The notes under the pieces were generated by a model. That model was not told where the DNA came from and searched no databases. It was given only the letters and a program-made list of their open reading frames with translations. Both the position numbers and the translations under genes were made by a program. From an uncultured Bacteroidales bacterium (lineage in GTDB: Bacteria > Bacteroidota > Bacteroidia > Bacteroidales > UBA10428), in assembly GCA_963748095.1 (NCBI GenBank), contig CAVVIO010000012.1, positions 23,237-87,236 on the forward strand: a stretch of DNA of 64,000 bases, in the 5' to 3' direction. How positions within the stretch are numbered: the first letter of the stretch is position 1; each line of letters begins with the position of its first letter. Below, piece by piece: positions 39,206-48,751 of this stretch.

Positions 39206-40042
39206 TTAATCCACCAATAGCTGTTCCAATGCTTCATCAACTGTTTGAACAGGCTGTCGGCATACTTTGTTTTTGCAGACATAAATAAAAGTCTTTCCAG
39301 GAACATGCCGGTTTTCAAGTAACGGAAAATTACTTTGGCTGGTAGCTCCTGCGAGTATAATGCCTGGTAAATAGTATTTCTCCAGTTCACCCAGTTTTTC
39401 GAGGGCTTTTTCTCCGGCGATCACAACTTCATGTGGTTCATATACCATAGAAACTAAAAGCTGTGCCCAGCTGGAATAAAACTTACCATGACAGATCACA
39501 TTCTCCTGTACATGTGCATACATTCTCTTTGCGATTTCTGCATATTCCATTTTATCAAAATAACCTGCCAGTGCAAAAAGGTTGCGTGCCATCGACGAGT
39601 TGGACGAAGGAATTACATTATCCGAAATATCGTATTTTCTGACAACCAGTTCCGGATCGAGTCGGGAAGTATAATAGAATAAGCCTGTTTGCTTATCATA
39701 GAAATGTTCCAGTGTATATTCCGTAAGATCTCCGGCAAGTTGCAGCCATTTCTCGTTGAAAGTTGCCCTGTATAAGGCAATGAATGCTGCAATGGTAAAG
39801 CTGTAATCGTCCAGAAAACCGTTAATAGTGGCTTTGCCTTTTTTAAAATTCCGGTAAAGCCTGTTGTCATGTTGTAACATTGCAGAACTAATAAAATCAG
39901 CATTTTTCAATGCATAGTCCAGGTATTCTTTTTTCCCGAATACACGATAGGCATCTGTAAATCCTTTCAGCATCAGTGCATTCCACGAGGTTAATATTTT
40001 ATCATCAAGGGCAGGGACGCACCCGCATGGTTTCTCTGACAA
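39206..40042 (-). CDS. YyaL/DUF255 family protein; fragment 2 of 2 (C-terminal (alpha/alpha)6 barrel)
   Basis: LDDKILTSWNALMLKGF is the conserved continuation of the family. It is separated from fragment 1 by about 3 frame changes. Confidence 0.8.
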   Translation of the reverse strand: MSEKPCGCVPALDDKILTSWNALMLKGFTDAYRVFGKKEYLDYALKNADFISSAMLQHDNRLYRNFKKGKATINGFLDDYSFTIAAFIALYRATFNEKWLQLAGDLTEYTLEHFYDKQTGLFYYTSRLDPELVVRKYDISDNVIPSSNSSMARNLFALAGYFDKMEYAEIAKRMYAHVQENVICHGKFYSSWAQLLVSMVYEPHEVVIAGEKALEKLGELEKYYLPGIILAGATSQSNFPLLENRHVPGKTFIYVCKNKVCRQPVQTVDEALEQLLVD

Positions 40043-40088
40043 TGAGTTTATTTCTTAGATCGCTCCAGCAAATCAATCACAAGCTTCT

Positions 40089-41243
40089 TCATCTATACCC
40101 GATTGATGCGGCAAGTTTTTGACGGTAAGATATAGTATGAAGAATATTTTTCCCGTGCTCCCAGTTTCCCTGTGCAGTAACATTATAATACCGGCAAAAT
40201 AAATCGCTGTCTTCTCCCAGAATCGTATCGATTTCTTTTTTTGTCCACACATAATACTTTCCCTCCTCGCCTTCCGAATCAGCATCCAGTGAAGCAAAAA
40301 ATCCACCCTCCGGTGAAGTCAGTTCTCGTTGGATAAAATCCAGCGTCTCTTCCACAACCTGCTGGAAGCGGGGAATACGTGTTTTCTGATAAGCCTCACT
40401 GTAAAGACTGACCAACTGGGCATTGTCGTACAACATTTTCTCAAAATGAGGAACTTTCCAATACATATCAGTTGAATACCGGGAGAATCCACCTCCGATG
40501 TGATCATATATGCCGCCACCTGCCATTTTTTCAAGGGTAAGAATCACATGTTCCAGCGCCTCACGATTGGTCGAAAAATGTGCATACATTAATAAAAATT
40601 CGTAATTATCAGGCATCGGAAATTTGGGGGCATGGTTTTCACCGCCTTCTTCCCTGTCAAAATCTTTTTGCCAGTTTTTATACAGCGTCTTTAACTCATC
40701 CGGATTATAAGCCTTCGCCTGTATTTCTTCCAAAAAAAGTTCGTTGGAAACCATTCCTTTCCGGATATCTTCCGCCTGTTGTTCCAGACCGGTCCGCTGT
40801 GTACTGTAGAGTTTTTCGAGCGATGATAACATGCTTATCCAGTTTTCCCGTGGAAAATAAGTACCTCCGTATACAGGCCTGCCATCTGGCAGCGCAAAAC
40901 AATTAAGCGGCCATCCGCCATGTCCGGTAAGCAACTGAACAGCTTCCATATACACCTGGTCGATATCGGGACGTTCTTCGCGATCGACTTTAATACATAC
41001 GAAGTGTTCATTCATGATCCTTGCCACTATCTCATTTTCAAAGGATTCTCTTTCCATTACATGGCACCAGTGGCAGGCAGCATAACCGATGCTTACCAGT
41101 ATCATTTTATCTTCTTGTTTTGCTTTTGCAAGCGCTTCCTCTCCCCACGGAAACCAGTTAACCGGATTATGGGCATGTTGCAACAGGTAAGGACTGCTTT
41201 CATTGATCAGATGGTTGGTATATTTTTGAACAGATGATTTCAT
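40089..41243 (-). CDS. thioredoxin-domain protein of the YyaL/DUF255 (SPATA20-like) family; fragment 1 of 2
   Basis: The N-terminal [28 protein letters not shown]...[11 protein letters not shown] thioredoxin-like motif is followed by the start of the (alpha/alpha)6 domain. Confidence 0.85.
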   Translation of the reverse strand: MKSSVQKYTNHLINESSPYLLQHAHNPVNWFPWGEEALAKAKQEDKMILVSIGYAACHWCHVMERESFENEIVARIMNEHFVCIKVDREERPDIDQVYMEAVQLLTGHGGWPLNCFALPDGRPVYGGTYFPRENWISMLSSLEKLYSTQRTGLEQQAEDIRKGMVSNELFLEEIQAKAYNPDELKTLYKNWQKDFDREEGGENHAPKFPMPDNYEFLLMYAHFSTNREALEHVILTLEKMAGGGIYDHIGGGFSRYSTDMYWKVPHFEKMLYDNAQLVSLYSEAYQKTRIPRFQQVVEETLDFIQRELTSPEGGFFASLDADSEGEEGKYYVWTKKEIDTILGEDSDLFCRYYNVTAQGNWEHGKNILHTISYRQKLAASIGYR

Positions 41244-41380
41244 GGTTGTATTCTATTTGTTAATTTATTGATTTATTGATCAATGGAATGAATGAAACAA
41301 CTATATAAATGATAACAGCCAGACCTGGATAAGGTTTGATTTTTAACTTAATTATATTGCCAATGTGATTTAAATAAAAA

Positions 41381-41848
41381 TCATTCGTCTTTTTTCATAC
41401 TTACTCTGCGGATAACCTGCAACCAGAAAAACCCGATAAGGGCACCCAAAAAATAATACGGAAAATCGAACCAGTTAAAAGAATTACCGATCATTGCCCT
41501 GCCGATAAAAGTAGAACGAATAGACATAAGGAACGGAATATTCCACAATTGAGTAAATTCAAGGCAACAGGTAACAATAAGTACGCTTAAAGTTATGAAA
41601 CTGATTTTCCCTTTTGGAAAAAGAAAATAAAACACCAGGCACCAAAAAACAACATATATGAATCCGCCAAGTGAATTATGAACCCACGTTGCTCCTATTC
41701 CTGAATAAAATTTAGTATAAATTCCGATTGGTATTAATACAAATGCAGAAAGAAACGCTATAATTTTTTGTTTTCTGACAGAATATTCCGAAACTGTTTT
41801 ATATTTATTCTCATTCATCCGTTGTTTCATCCTATCGTGTTGAACCAC
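41381..41848 (-). CDS. small integral membrane protein (DUF2809-like)
   Basis: It has four TM helices. VHNSLGGFIYVVFWCL resembles DUF2809. The call is weak. Confidence 0.4.
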   Translation of the reverse strand: MVQHDRMKQRMNENKYKTVSEYSVRKQKIIAFLSAFVLIPIGIYTKFYSGIGATWVHNSLGGFIYVVFWCLVFYFLFPKGKISFITLSVLIVTCCLEFTQLWNIPFLMSIRSTFIGRAMIGNSFNWFDFPYYFLGALIGFFWLQVIRRVSMKKDE

Positions 41849-41977
41849 TTAAATAGCAAATATTGATAATTCTTAAAAAAGACAGTTTAATAATTTCCAA
41901 AATTCATTTGAATATTCGAAAGTTAGAAATATTATCATTATTTTTAATAAAATTTAATAAACAAGATACACACCTTA

Positions 41978-42730
41978 ATGACACAATCAAACATGGAAAA
42001 TCAGGAGAATAGTAAACCAAAGAACACATCTGCCAACAAAGAAAAAACCACATCAACCGGCAAAACATCTACCCCCCGGAAGACAACAGGCAATACTACC
42101 AAAAAAACCACAGGTAATAAAAGTACCTCTACAACAAAAAAGACTACTGCAAGAAGACCTGCTACCCGGCCAGCAACGAGAAAACAACCCGTAAAAAAGC
42201 AGACTACTGTTTCAGGAGCCGGAGCTAAATCAGGTACAGGGACAACAGTTAAAAAACCACCTATACAGAAAAAAACTGTAACAAAAACTCCTGTGCGATC
42301 AAAAGTACCGCAACCCGATAAAAAAACCAATTACCTGGATTCCAATCCTGTTTATTCATCCAGCATGCCCGATGAAAAAACAATCAGCGAACTGGCAAAA
42401 AGTGAAATGGGCCTGGAAGATTATCTCAAGGGCCTGAACAAGAAGAATAACCCTGTTAAAAAATCACCAAAAGTAAAAAAGGACAAAAAAGTAAAAACTG
42501 ATAAACCCGGTCAACTAATGAAAAAAGCTAAAAAAAGCCTGAAGAAAACAGAAGAAAAAGCCACAACTTTAAAGAAAGACCTTAAAAAAGCCAAACATAA
42601 AAAGGCAGGTAAAAAGAAAATTAAAGTGCTGGATAGTAAATTATCAAAAATTCTGAAGAAACTACGATTAAAAAAATCGGAACTAAAAAAAGAAAAAAAG
42701 AAATCGAAAAAAGAAAAAAGCAAAAAATAA
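41978..42730 (+). CDS. Lys/Thr/Pro-rich, highly basic low-complexity protein (histone H1-like composition)
   Basis: 250 aa with KKTT/KKxxKK repeats throughout. There is no signal peptide or TM helix. Confidence 0.5.
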   Translation: MTQSNMENQENSKPKNTSANKEKTTSTGKTSTPRKTTGNTTKKTTGNKSTSTTKKTTARRPATRPATRKQPVKKQTTVSGAGAKSGTGTTVKKPPIQKKTVTKTPVRSKVPQPDKKTNYLDSNPVYSSSMPDEKTISELAKSEMGLEDYLKGLNKKNNPVKKSPKVKKDKKVKTDKPGQLMKKAKKSLKKTEEKATTLKKDLKKAKHKKAGKKKIKVLDSKLSKILKKLRLKKSELKKEKKKSKKEKSKK

Positions 42731-43043
42731 AATCTTTCTCTGTTTCCGTACGGAATATTTCAGGAAATTCACCAGTTTTAATGCATATACAATAACCAAA
42801 TGTTAAATATAGCTGCTGGAATGGCCACTTCCCGACTTAATTGATATAGCACCGTTACGACTCAACCCAGTGTTTTACAAACCGATTTTAATGAGACAGG
42901 GGTTCTTTTTAAAGAAAAAAAGGGCAAGCGAACAGGCATCAAATCAATCACAAACAAGGCCTGCGCAAATATGATATTGACGAAGAATTTTACAAAAAAA
43001 GAAGGCAGGGAAAATGCAGGTATCAACTGCTAAATATGTTCAT

Positions 43044-43079
43044 AAAAAATCCTGCAACCTTACTTATTAGTTGCAGGAT
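43044..43079 (-). terminator. Rho-independent terminator of the 43155..43781 gene
   Basis: On the minus strand, a 10-bp stem (ATCCTGCAAC/GTTGCAGGAT) with an 11-nt loop is followed by a T6 run. Confidence 0.7.
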
Positions 43080-43154
43080 AATTCAAAAAATCAATTACCA
43101 CTTAAAAAATACTAAAAAGGACAGTTCAAATTAGTAGTATTCCATGAACCTGTC

Positions 43155-43781
43155 TTAAGTTTTTATAATGTTATAATTATCTGCTTTCGGATGATGCTTG
43201 TAATTATTCTGTTGTTTTTGTGCCGGTATCGAATCATTTTTAACACCGGGGATCAACGGTTTTTGTTTCAGGTTGTTCTGAAAATCCTTGAAGAATCCAT
43301 TCCCACCGTTGAACTCATCACCAAACATCTGTTGCAGTTGCTTATCCATGTTCCTGAAGTACTTATCCATTGACTGCCCTGCCATGGGACCAAACCCGCC
43401 GAAATTTCTGCTCATCAGCGAATCATTCGGTTCACCCTGACCCATCAATGAATCATTACCAAAGAAACCAGGTCCGAACATCTGATCATCGGGAAAATTG
43501 AATGAGAAATTCGTCCCGAAATTCTTTTCCATTGAACGCATCATCGAATCGGATGGCATACTGCCATTGGATGACCACGACCACGTATAGGTAGAATCGT
43601 AGCCAACCTCATTGCCTTTCTTATCATATTTACGGTGTACATTAATATTTACCTTTGGCTGATTATCATTCTTCTTGTTATTATTCTGTGCCGACAACGT
43701 AACAGCCGGCAGACATACAGCCAGTACCATCATCATAGAAAGATGGAATTTGCCGGATTTTTTAAAATTTGCATGTCTCAT
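43155..43781 (-). CDS. secreted hypothetical protein (G/N/M/F-rich)
   Basis: It has a signal peptide (LSMMMVLAVCLPAVTLSAQ). I did not recognise a family. Confidence 0.5.
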   Translation of the reverse strand: MRHANFKKSGKFHLSMMMVLAVCLPAVTLSAQNNNKKNDNQPKVNINVHRKYDKKGNEVGYDSTYTWSWSSNGSMPSDSMMRSMEKNFGTNFSFNFPDDQMFGPGFFGNDSLMGQGEPNDSLMSRNFGGFGPMAGQSMDKYFRNMDKQLQQMFGDEFNGGNGFFKDFQNNLKQKPLIPGVKNDSIPAQKQQNNYKHHPKADNYNIIKT

Positions 43782-44189
43782 ATCTTTATACTTTTTAGTT
43801 ATTTTCTATCTTATTTAGTAGTATAAAGATACAATATTTTGCTTTCGATTATTACGTAAGTGCTTGATATTAACAATATTTAACAATACTAATTCAATAT
43901 AAAACTCATATTATCAACTGACTTTGCAATAGCTGGCTGTTTTTAAAAAGCATATTTTTAACAATAATTTATATTAATAATATACGTTTACAACTCAGGC
44001 CCCAATATTATTAATTAAGGAATATTTTAAAGTCCTGCCCGCTTTTAGTAATCATTTGTTATACAGCAGGAATTATTGGTGTTCTGTTGTTGAATGTGTA
44101 TCTAATGTCAGAAAGAAAATAATGCAACATCCAATTTTGAAAGCTTATATTTACAATTTGAAAACAAATTAATTAAACAGGGAAATAGT

Positions 44190-44855
44190 ATGGTTACCTA
44201 CGAAGAAATAGCAAAAATGATCGACCATTCGTTGCTGAAACCTACCCTTACCGATAAGGAAATACAGGAAGGATGTGAAATTGCAGCTCAATATAACGTA
44301 GCTTCCGTATGTGTAAGACCTGCCGATGTGAAGTTTGCATCTCAACTTTTGAAAAACAGCGACGTGCTGGTAACAACGGTTATCGGTTTTCCGCACGGAT
44401 CCACCACTACTCTTACCAAAGTAACCGAAGCACTCGAAGCCATTGAGAACGGGGCCAAAGAACTGGATGTAGTTCTTCATATCGGCAAATTATTATCGAA
44501 ACAATATGCCTATGTGAAACTCGACCTGGAAGCAGTAACAAAAGCGTCCCACGAGAAAAATGTACCGGTAAAAGTAATATTTGAAAATTGTTACCTGGGA
44601 GAAGAAGATATTATTGCCGCATGTAAAATCTGTAATGAAATAGGAGTCGATTTTGTTAAAACCTCCACCGGATACGGAACCGGAGGCGCTGAAGACAAGG
44701 ACTTGAAAATAATGCGGAAATATGCCAATCCGGAAATTCAGATAAAAGCAGCCGGCGGCGTGCGCACCCTCGAACGGGCAATAGAAATTAAAGAGCTGGG
44801 CTGCACACGGTTTGGTTGCACTGCCACGGTGGGAATACTGGAGCGGTTGAAATAA
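44190..44855 (+). CDS. deoC: deoxyribose-phosphate aldolase
   Basis: 221 aa. IDHSLLKP, VIGFPHG, and the Schiff-base Lys in FVKTSTGY are present. Confidence 0.9.
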   Translation: MVTYEEIAKMIDHSLLKPTLTDKEIQEGCEIAAQYNVASVCVRPADVKFASQLLKNSDVLVTTVIGFPHGSTTTLTKVTEALEAIENGAKELDVVLHIGKLLSKQYAYVKLDLEAVTKASHEKNVPVKVIFENCYLGEEDIIAACKICNEIGVDFVKTSTGYGTGGAEDKDLKIMRKYANPEIQIKAAGGVRTLERAIEIKELGCTRFGCTATVGILERLK

Positions 44856-45239
44856 GAGACTTTTAAATAACTAAATATAGTTCGATCAGCCTTATCGCTA
44901 ACCTTAGGCCTGTTTTTATCTTTTTTATTCTTACAAGCGGAAATAGTGGGAGGTGTTGACCTTACGCTATGGTGACCGATCTTTATTGCAATGCATCGTA
45001 TGTGTCGGTGGACAGGGAATTTTTGAAACGTAACATTAGCAACTTACCCAACTTTTCTGCCATAAGAATGCCTGATTTAAAAAAATTGCCATACAAAGAA
45101 TATATCCGTTTAAATGAAGTACCTTTAGTATAGAAAAGTCGGTAAACAAATTTCCACAGAATTTATCAGTATCATATTTCAAGCTCACCGTACAGAAGTC
45201 ATCCAGCAACATCCGGGGATATTACGAATAACTACTAAA

Positions 45240-46340
45240 ATGAAAAGCATATTTAATTTATTCGAAAGGTTAAGTGCAGATAAAATCAGCTTTTTGTACC
45301 ATGGAATTCTTCATGATGAATTTACTGAAAAAATTATCGACCTTATTGAAAAGAATATCAGTACTAATAATGATGAAGTTTCAATAAAAAATAAGATCTC
45401 TTTTCTGGTGGCTGAGTCTTTTCAAAATGTTTTAAGACATAGCGAAATAGATAAAGACAATGGAAAAAATATAAGGAGTTTGGGTGTTTTTATTTTAAGA
45501 AACAGAAACAATTTATATTATATTACCTCTGCTAATCTAATTAATAATAAAGATATTGATGAGTTAAAAGTTAAACTTTCACATGTAAATGAGCTGGATA
45601 AAGACAAACTAAAAGAGCTTTATATTGAAATCCTGAATAATACGGGTTTTTCCGCAAAAGGTGGCGCAGGATTAGGTCTCATTCAAATGGCAAATAAATC
45701 AGGTAATAAGATAGAATATGACTTCGAAAAAGTGAATGACAACTATTCGTATTTTTATTTCCATCTAAAAATCAAAACGAAACTGCCTGATGATAAAAAC
45801 ATTTCAGAGCTTTTAGTATCTTCCGAAAAAGAACTTTGCTCATACATGTACAGTCATGACAGTTATCTGGCATATAAAGGAAATTTTTCTCAGGATAATG
45901 TTTTAATTCTGTTAAAAATTATTGAGAGAAATTTACAGGCAAACCCTTTTGAATATACAGGTATTAAAGCAATAATATTTACCATTCTCACTGAACTTTT
46001 ACAAAATATCAGTAAACACGCATATCAAATTAAAAATAAAAAAGAAGGGATATTTATGCTTGAGACCTCTTTAAATAAATATATTATCAGTACAGGAAAC
46101 TATATTGAAAATACCGAATCTGAGATTATTGTAAAAAAATTAAATCTGCTTAATGGTTTAGATAAAGATGCCTTAAAAACATTGTATTTAAACAAAATCA
46201 GAAATAGTGAGATTGATAGTGAAGGGAATGCCGGCATTGGATTTATAGAAATTGCAAGAGACAGCAGCGATAAAATTGAATATAATATATCAGTGATAAA
46301 TGAGAAATATTCATTTTTAACAGTAAGTGTAAAAATATAA
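45240..46340 (+). CDS. tandem-duplicated SiaB-like (GHKL/anti-sigma-type) Ser/Thr protein kinase
   Basis: There are two homologous halves of ~180 aa. Each starts with ..FLYHG/LAYKG-type segments and ends with an ATP-lid motif (GGAGLGLIQMANKSGNKIEYDF and GNAGIGFIEIARDSSDKIEYNI). Confidence 0.6.
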   Translation: MKSIFNLFERLSADKISFLYHGILHDEFTEKIIDLIEKNISTNNDEVSIKNKISFLVAESFQNVLRHSEIDKDNGKNIRSLGVFILRNRNNLYYITSANLINNKDIDELKVKLSHVNELDKDKLKELYIEILNNTGFSAKGGAGLGLIQMANKSGNKIEYDFEKVNDNYSYFYFHLKIKTKLPDDKNISELLVSSEKELCSYMYSHDSYLAYKGNFSQDNVLILLKIIERNLQANPFEYTGIKAIIFTILTELLQNISKHAYQIKNKKEGIFMLETSLNKYIISTGNYIENTESEIIVKKLNLLNGLDKDALKTLYLNKIRNSEIDSEGNAGIGFIEIARDSSDKIEYNISVINEKYSFLTVSVKI

Positions 46341-46343
46341 GCT

Positions 46344-46721
46344 ATGATAAATAAACTACACATAACAGGCGATGTAGACGTGCCTGAAATAGTACTAGAT
46401 GCAAAAAATAACCATTTTGAGATTTCCGGAAGATCCATTCCTGAAAATGCAAATACTATTTTTATACCTGTTTTAGAATGGCTGAATCAGTACTTCATGA
46501 ACCCTAATAAACAAACAAATTTTATTTTGAAGCTGGATCATATTAATTCTTCTTCATTAAAAAAAATTACTGAAATATTGGCACTACTCGAGAAAAACCA
46601 TAACAAAGGCTGTGATATAAAAGTTCTATGGTTTTATAAGATCAATGATACTGCAATGGAGAGAAAGTGCATGGAGCTTTTAAATTTATTTAAAATCCCA
46701 TCTGAAATAAATTCATTTTAG
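46344..46721 (+). CDS. DUF1987 / SiaC-like regulatory phosphoprotein
   Basis: The start lies 4 nt after the kinase stop. LHITGDVDVPEIVLDAKNNHFEISGRSIPENANTIFIPVLEWLNQY is the DUF1987 signature. Confidence 0.65.
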   Translation: MINKLHITGDVDVPEIVLDAKNNHFEISGRSIPENANTIFIPVLEWLNQYFMNPNKQTNFILKLDHINSSSLKKITEILALLEKNHNKGCDIKVLWFYKINDTAMERKCMELLNLFKIPSEINSF

Positions 46722-46991
46722 TTCCTTTTCTTTGATGCAAGAGGTCAGGAAATGTAATAAAATAAATGAGGGAAACAGCATCAGTTAAACAATGGAAGCC
46801 TGAACAATACTTCCATATAATATAATTTTAATATGTGTGAATTATACAAATTATTTATCTAATTGTGTAATGCCCTTCCTGATTAGTACGATTACCTTTA
46901 TTCCGGGAACATTTATTCATACACTAAAGCTATTGGTATAGTGTTATATTTATCTGACTCCCAATTGTAAGTTACTTCATCGATTCAGGAT

Positions 46992-48587
46992 ATGAATGAA
47001 AAAGGCAAATCGGAAACGTTAGATGTTGTGAACATTGAAAAAGCAAAACGTGCCGCTGAACTGGTTATTGCAAACACGGAGAAAGCAAAGCGTGCTGCAG
47101 AATTAGTTATTGCAGATAAAGAGCTCATATATCAAAAAGATGAAAAGGCAAAACGTGAAGCAGAGTTAGTACTTGCAAACGTGAAAAAAGCAGAACGTGA
47201 AGCAGAGTTAGTCCTTGCAAACATAGAGAAAGCAAAACGTGCTGCAGAATTAGTCATTGCTGATAAAGAGCTTATCTACCAAAAAGAAGAGAAAGTAAAA
47301 CGTGCAGCAGAGTTAGTACTTGCAAACACAGAGAAAGCAAAACGTGAAGCAGAGTTAATTATTGCAAATATAAAAAAAGCAAAACGTGAAGCGGAATTAG
47401 TCATTGCAAACAAAGAACTTTCTTATCAGAAAAGAGAAAAGGCAAAACGTGCCGCAGAGCTGATTATTGCAAAAGTCGAGAAAGCAAAACAAGCATCAGA
47501 GATAGTCAATGAAAAGATAGAGAAAACAAAACGCGCGGCAGCGTTAGTTGTGACGAAGAAAGAACTTTCTTATCAGAAAAGAGAGCAGGCAAAACAAGAG
47601 TTAGAGATAGCCATTGAAAAGTTAGAGAAAGCAAAACGTGCAGCAGCTTTAGTTGTAACAAAAAAAGAACTTGCATTGGCAAAAGAGAAAGAAAAACTTG
47701 CTGAAGAGTTAATCATTTTAAATAAACGGCTTTCAAATCAAATCTCAGTGCGCAAGCTGGCAGAAGAGAAGTTACTCCAATTAAATCATGAATTAAAAAC
47801 TACTTATGAGAAATTGGAACATTTTAGTAGTTTAATCTCAGAAAGTGTTGATTATGCTAAAAAAATACAGAATTCTATCATTCCTGACTATCAAAAATTT
47901 TTTGATTTTTTCCCGGACTCTTTTATTCTTTCACAACCTAAAGATGTATTAAGCGGTGACTTTTTTTGGTCGCACAATAAAAATAATAAAATAACTTTTG
48001 CAATTGTTGATTGCACCGGACACGGTATTCCTGGTGCATTACTGAGTGTCATAGGGATCATCTTACTTAACAAAGTGGTGATCGAAAAAGAAATAATTTC
48101 TCCAACTGAGATTCTGGGTTCAATTAATAAAGAGTTAAAAAACCTTTTTAATGCCGGTAACGAAATGGTTGATGATGGAATGGAAATCAGCATTATTTCT
48201 TATGACAAACTAACAAAAGAAATGATAATAGCCCAGACATCAAGAAGTGTTTTAATTATTGATCCCGATGGTACATTAACCACTTTTGATTCTGATGTAT
48301 TTACTATTGGCGGTATATTATCAAGAAATAAAACAACAACGTTTTTAGATGACAGTTATCAAATAAAAAGGGATTCAATGCTGTATTTATTTTCAGATGG
48401 CTATACCGACCAGTTTGGTTCGGATTTAAATATTAAATACGGCATACAAAACTTCCATGAACAAATAAAGACTATTTATAAACTTCCGGCGCAGGAACAA
48501 CGTGAAATACTATTAAACCGCCATTTACAATGGAAAGGTAATATGCAACAAACCGATGATATTACAGTAATTGGGATAAAATTTTAA
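46992..48587 (+). CDS. PP2C/SpoIIE-type protein phosphatase with a long N-terminal repeat (coiled-coil) region (SiaA-like role)
   Basis: The C-terminal PPM motifs are LSGDFFW, DCTGHGIPGA, SDGYTDQFG, QTDDITVIGIKF. The N-terminal ~230 aa are EKAKRAAELVIAN-type repeats. Confidence 0.85.
   Translation: MNEKGKSETLDVVNIEKAKRAAELVIANTEKAKRAAELVIADKELIYQKDEKAKREAELVLANVKKAEREAELVLANIEKAKRAAELVIADKELIYQKEEKVKRAAELVLANTEKAKREAELIIANIKKAKREAELVIANKELSYQKREKAKRAAELIIAKVEKAKQASEIVNEKIEKTKRAAALVVTKKELSYQKREQAKQELEIAIEKLEKAKRAAALVVTKKELALAKEKEKLAEELIILNKRLSNQISVRKLAEEKLLQLNHELKTTYEKLEHFSSLISESVDYAKKIQNSIIPDYQKFFDFFPDSFILSQPKDVLSGDFFWSHNKNNKITFAIVDCTGHGIPGALLSVIGIILLNKVVIEKEIISPTEILGSINKELKNLFNAGNEMVDDGMEISIISYDKLTKEMIIAQTSRSVLIIDPDGTLTTFDSDVFTIGGILSRNKTTTFLDDSYQIKRDSMLYLFSDGYTDQFGSDLNIKYGIQNFHEQIKTIYKLPAQEQREILLNRHLQWKGNMQQTDDITVIGIKF
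47026..47720 (+). repeat. intragenic tandem repeats (39-nt/13-aa unit EKAKRAAELVIAN, often extended by KELxYQK)
   Basis: About 15 recognisable copies are visible at both protein and DNA level (recurrent gagaaagcaaaacgtgc.gcaga.ttagt.attgc). Confidence 0.85.
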
Positions 48588-48751
48588 TGAACAACCTCGC
48601 TAAGTTCGTTCGACTTACCACCCGATAAAATATCAGGTTCATCGTGCTTTACTTCTGAAATTTGAGTCTCACGTATAAAATGACTTTTATCTAACGGTGA
48701 TCTGGCAAGGGCGCCATCTCCACATCCTTCTTATCCTGTGATACTTTAATG

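Noticed and set aside
39175-39390. 71-aa ORF and ORF 39613..39903 within the YyaL C-terminal fragment
   Set aside because: These are alternative-frame ORFs inside a conserved coding region, with no independent support.
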